Below, piece after piece: positions 61,283-64,000 of a DNA stretch of 64,000 bases. Under the pieces are notes generated by a model. That model did not search any database. It worked only from the letters and a program-made list of their open reading frames with translations, and was not told the DNA's origin. Position 1 is the stretch's first letter. Each line of letters starts with the position of its first letter. The translations under genes and the position numbers were made by a program. Source of the DNA: Squalus acanthias (Eukaryota); the NCBI GenBank assembly GCA_030390025.1, contig CM059431.1, positions 135,596,001-135,660,000 on the forward strand, read 5' to 3'.

Positions 61283-62046
61283 GGCCCAGAAATTAGACTT
61301 CGATGGTTGCCGCGGGGGTAAGGATCCCCCGCGTTATCGCACTCCGCGCCTGCCTTTATGTTTCGGGCCCACACGAACTTCTGCTCCTGGACCTCTCCCT
61401 GGTGCCGGCGCGCAGTGTGTGCATGTCCCAGAGGCGCAGTTAGTTCGATGCGACCTCTGGGATCACGTGGGCCAGTTAGAGCCAATGGCAGCACACCATC
61501 TTTCATTCATAATTTTGACATGAGAACTGTCAAAACTATGAATACAACTTGCCCCCAAAAGAACAGCTAAACCTTAATTAAATTTAAAAAAAAACCATCA
61601 CATTAATAAAATAACTATAGTTAAATAAATTAACCACTTTAAACAAAAATTTTAATTTTTGAAAAAATTTAAATTCTTTTTAAAAGTTATAAAAATAAAC
61701 TTACCTTTCTTTAAAGTCTCTAAAAAAGATAAACCTGTTGAAAAAATTTTAAAATAATACTTAATTAACTACTTACCTTGTTAAAAGGGGGTCTTACGCC
61801 TCCTTTTTTCATGTGTAAAATCTTGCATACTTACCCTCGCGTTGAAACCTGAAAAAAAACCTAAGTGCGCTGCGTGCGCACAGCCTGTAGTGCACACGCG
61901 GTTCACTTAGGAACCGCCCCCTTCGCAATATCGGAAGTGCCGGTTTCCCGCGCATGCGCAGTGCATGCAGGAAACCGGCACTTCGGGACCGAATACGCGA
62001 GAGTGCACAGTGCGTACTCTCCCGTATTCGGCCGAATTTCTGGGCC
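61283..62046. mobile_element. Non-autonomous Harbinger-like TIR element, family B, copy 2 (764 bp, uninterrupted)
   Basis: Perfect 12-bp TIR GGCCCAGAAATT / AATTTCTGGGCC. ATT is duplicated at 61280-61282 and 62047-62049. Removing it restores the CR1 frame RDLGVNVHRSL. Confidence 0.93.
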
Positions 62047-62772
62047 ATTAACTCCCAGGTCCCTCTGTCCTTGCACACTCTTTAAAACTGTGCCATTAAG
62101 TGTATATTGCCTCTCCCTGTTCCTTCTGCCAAAATACATCACCTCACACTTCTCTGTATTAAATTCCACCTGCCACTTGTCTGCCCATTCTGCTAGCTTT
62201 TCTATGTCCTGTTGCAGTCGATTGGTATCATCATCACTGTTTGCCACACCCCCAAGTTTGGTGTCATTGGCAAATTTAAAAATTCTACTCTGTATTGCAA
62301 TATCCAGGTCATTTATATATATGAAAAAAGCAGTGGCCCCAGCACTGACCCTTGGGGAACACCACTGTCTACCATCCTCCAGTCTGAAACACAGCCATTT
62401 ACCACAACTTGCTGTTTTCTGTCCTTAAGCCAATTCCTTATCCAAGCTGCCACTGTCCCACCTATTCCATGAGCCTCAATGTTGTTAACCAGCCTTCTAT
62501 GTGGTACTTTGCCAAATGCCTTCTGAAAATCCATGTAGACAACATCCATTGCATTCCCTTCATCAATCCTCTCTGTTACTGCATCAACAAATCCATGTTG
62601 GCTCTCCTTAGTTAGCTTAAACCTCTCCAAGTGCCCATTAATTTTTTCCTTGATTATTGTTTCTAAAACTTTACCCACCACTGATGTTAAACTGACCGGC
62701 CTGTAGTTACTAGGATTGTCCTTACACCCTTTCTTGAACAATGGTGTCACATTTGCCACTTTCCAATCCTCA

Positions 62773-63627
62773 GGCGTCCTCAAGGTCACCGCAGCCCTCA
62801 ATTTCTTCACCAGCAGATCCTTCCAGTCTGCAGCAGGAGACATCTCTCAGTTCACTGTCCATCGCTGCATCCGGGAGATCACAGAGGCTCTCTAATCCAG
62901 GAAAAGGAACGTCATTGTCTTCTCTCTGAAAAGAGAAAGCAGGAGAAATGCGCATGTGTCTTTGCTAGGATAGCAGGCTTCCCCATGGTGCAGGGCACCA
63001 TCGACTGCACAGACGTGGCTTTGCGGGCACCATATACTAATCCTGAGATGTTCTGCAACTGCAAAGTTTACCACTCACTTAATGTGCAATTGTTGTGCGA
63101 CCACGTCCAGCGCATCATGATGGTGAATGCCCTCTATCCTTGCAGCAGTCATGATGCCTTCATCCTGCACCAGTCCGGTGTGCCAGCAATCTTCCAGCCA
63201 TCACGCCATGGTGGCTGCTCGGAGACTAGGGCTATCCGTGTGCACCTGGCTGATGACTTCTATCCGCAACCCCACCACTTGTGGCCAGCACTCACATAAT
63301 GACAGCCATGCTGTCACCAGGAACGTCATTAAGCAGACTATCGGGGCGGGGGGGTGGGGGCTCAAGCAATGGTTTTGCTGCCTTGACTGCTCGGGAGGAG
63401 CCCTCCAGTCCACACCGGAGTGGGCGTCCCATTTTGTGGTGGTCAGCTGCATGGTCCACAACTTGGCCATCATGAAGACTCAGCCCTTGCCACCAGGGGT
63501 TGCGGGACCACTGGAGGAGGAAGAGGAAGAGGAAAAGGAGGAGGAAGAGGAAGGGAAGAGGCAGGCAGCAAATCCCTGTTTCGGACAGGCTGCTTGTGAG
63601 TGCCTCATCAGACTCCGATTCGACTGA
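62773..63627 (+). pseudogene. PIF/Harbinger transposase (HARBI1-like DDE domain), remainder, disrupted
   Basis: KVTAALNFF...FQ, GFPMVQGTIDCT.VAL, K.YHSLNVQLLCD, YP.SSHDAFIL, WLLGD*GYP (about 63212), TRNVIKQTIG..LKQWFCCL, VVSCMVHNLA and an acidic tail. Has stops and frameshifts. Confidence 0.9.
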
Positions 63628-64000
63628 ATGAAACCTCAGATCTCCATTGCTCGCCACTTCCACATCATACCATTCCTCTGTCACATAACATCACAGTGTC
63701 CTCCTCGGCACAAAGCTGAAATGAGAGCCAACACAAAACATAAATTCCAAACAAAATTCATAAATTTATCAAAATCCAATCTCAATTACAATCTCAACTA
63801 TTCAGCCCTGTGCATTCCCTTAGTGTCTGTCTTTCTTGTGCCTTTACCTACTCTAGTGCTCCTACACAGTGCTCCCCCAGGTTCCAGCTCCACAGAGGGC
63901 AAGTTTGCACATGAGTTCTGCTCCACAGGACTCATATGATGACCTCAATGGGGCGGCCTTCAGAAGAAGGGTGATGGGCATGCACATGGAAATACTAGGT

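Larger units (their letters stand above)
59061..62772 (-). mobile_element. 5'-truncated CR1 LINE (same subfamily as 437-1656) inserted into the Harbinger transposase and hosting three further insertions
   Basis: Tail (agtcatag)n at 59061. RT motifs PEDWKVANVTPLFKKG, YMDFQKAF and [10 protein letters not shown]. Collinear with 437-1570. Confidence 0.92.

Noticed and set aside
823..62615. Many ORFs antisense to CR1 ORF2 (e.g. 823-1191, 4192-4590, 4825-5217)
   Set aside because: Shadow frames of LINE coding sequence that recur only because the elements are homologous.
62773..63627. Domesticated host HARBI1 gene
   Set aside because: It has stops, frameshifts, an apparent E-to-K change at the last catalytic position and a CR1 insertion. 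It is a transposon fossil.
1..64000. Bacterial-type reverse transcriptase system (retron, DGR, group II intron) linked to the repeat array
   Set aside because: All RT fragments are decayed non-LTR retrotransposon ORF2, with APE endonuclease and LINE tails. There is no intact RT and no operon structure.

Overview
Eukaryotic, almost entirely repetitive DNA with no recognisable host gene. The CR1 LINE density, a Deu-domain SINE and Harbinger-type transposons suggest a cartilaginous fish (inference). About 59% of the window (about 9748-47323) is one array of roughly 900 copies of a 41-bp monomer. The array starts seamlessly in the 5' UTR of a near full-length minus-strand CR1 and appears to be a runaway expansion of that LINE's 5' UTR monomer. 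It has a near-invariant core, flanks with higher-order duplications, and a duplicated CR1 3'-end insert. Both flanks are nested transposon stacks made of decayed CR1s, two families of non-autonomous 3-bp-TSD DNA transposons (A, about 0.89 kb, 4 copies; B, about 0.75 kb, 2 copies) and a Harbinger transposase pseudogene split by a CR1. The three complete family A copies sit in cTATga with a TAT/ATA duplication, the partial copy shows the matching flank, and three of the four lie in CR1 3' microsatellite tails. This suggests a DNA transposon that preferentially lands in LINE tails. No intact protein-coding gene, RNA gene or CRISPR array is supported.
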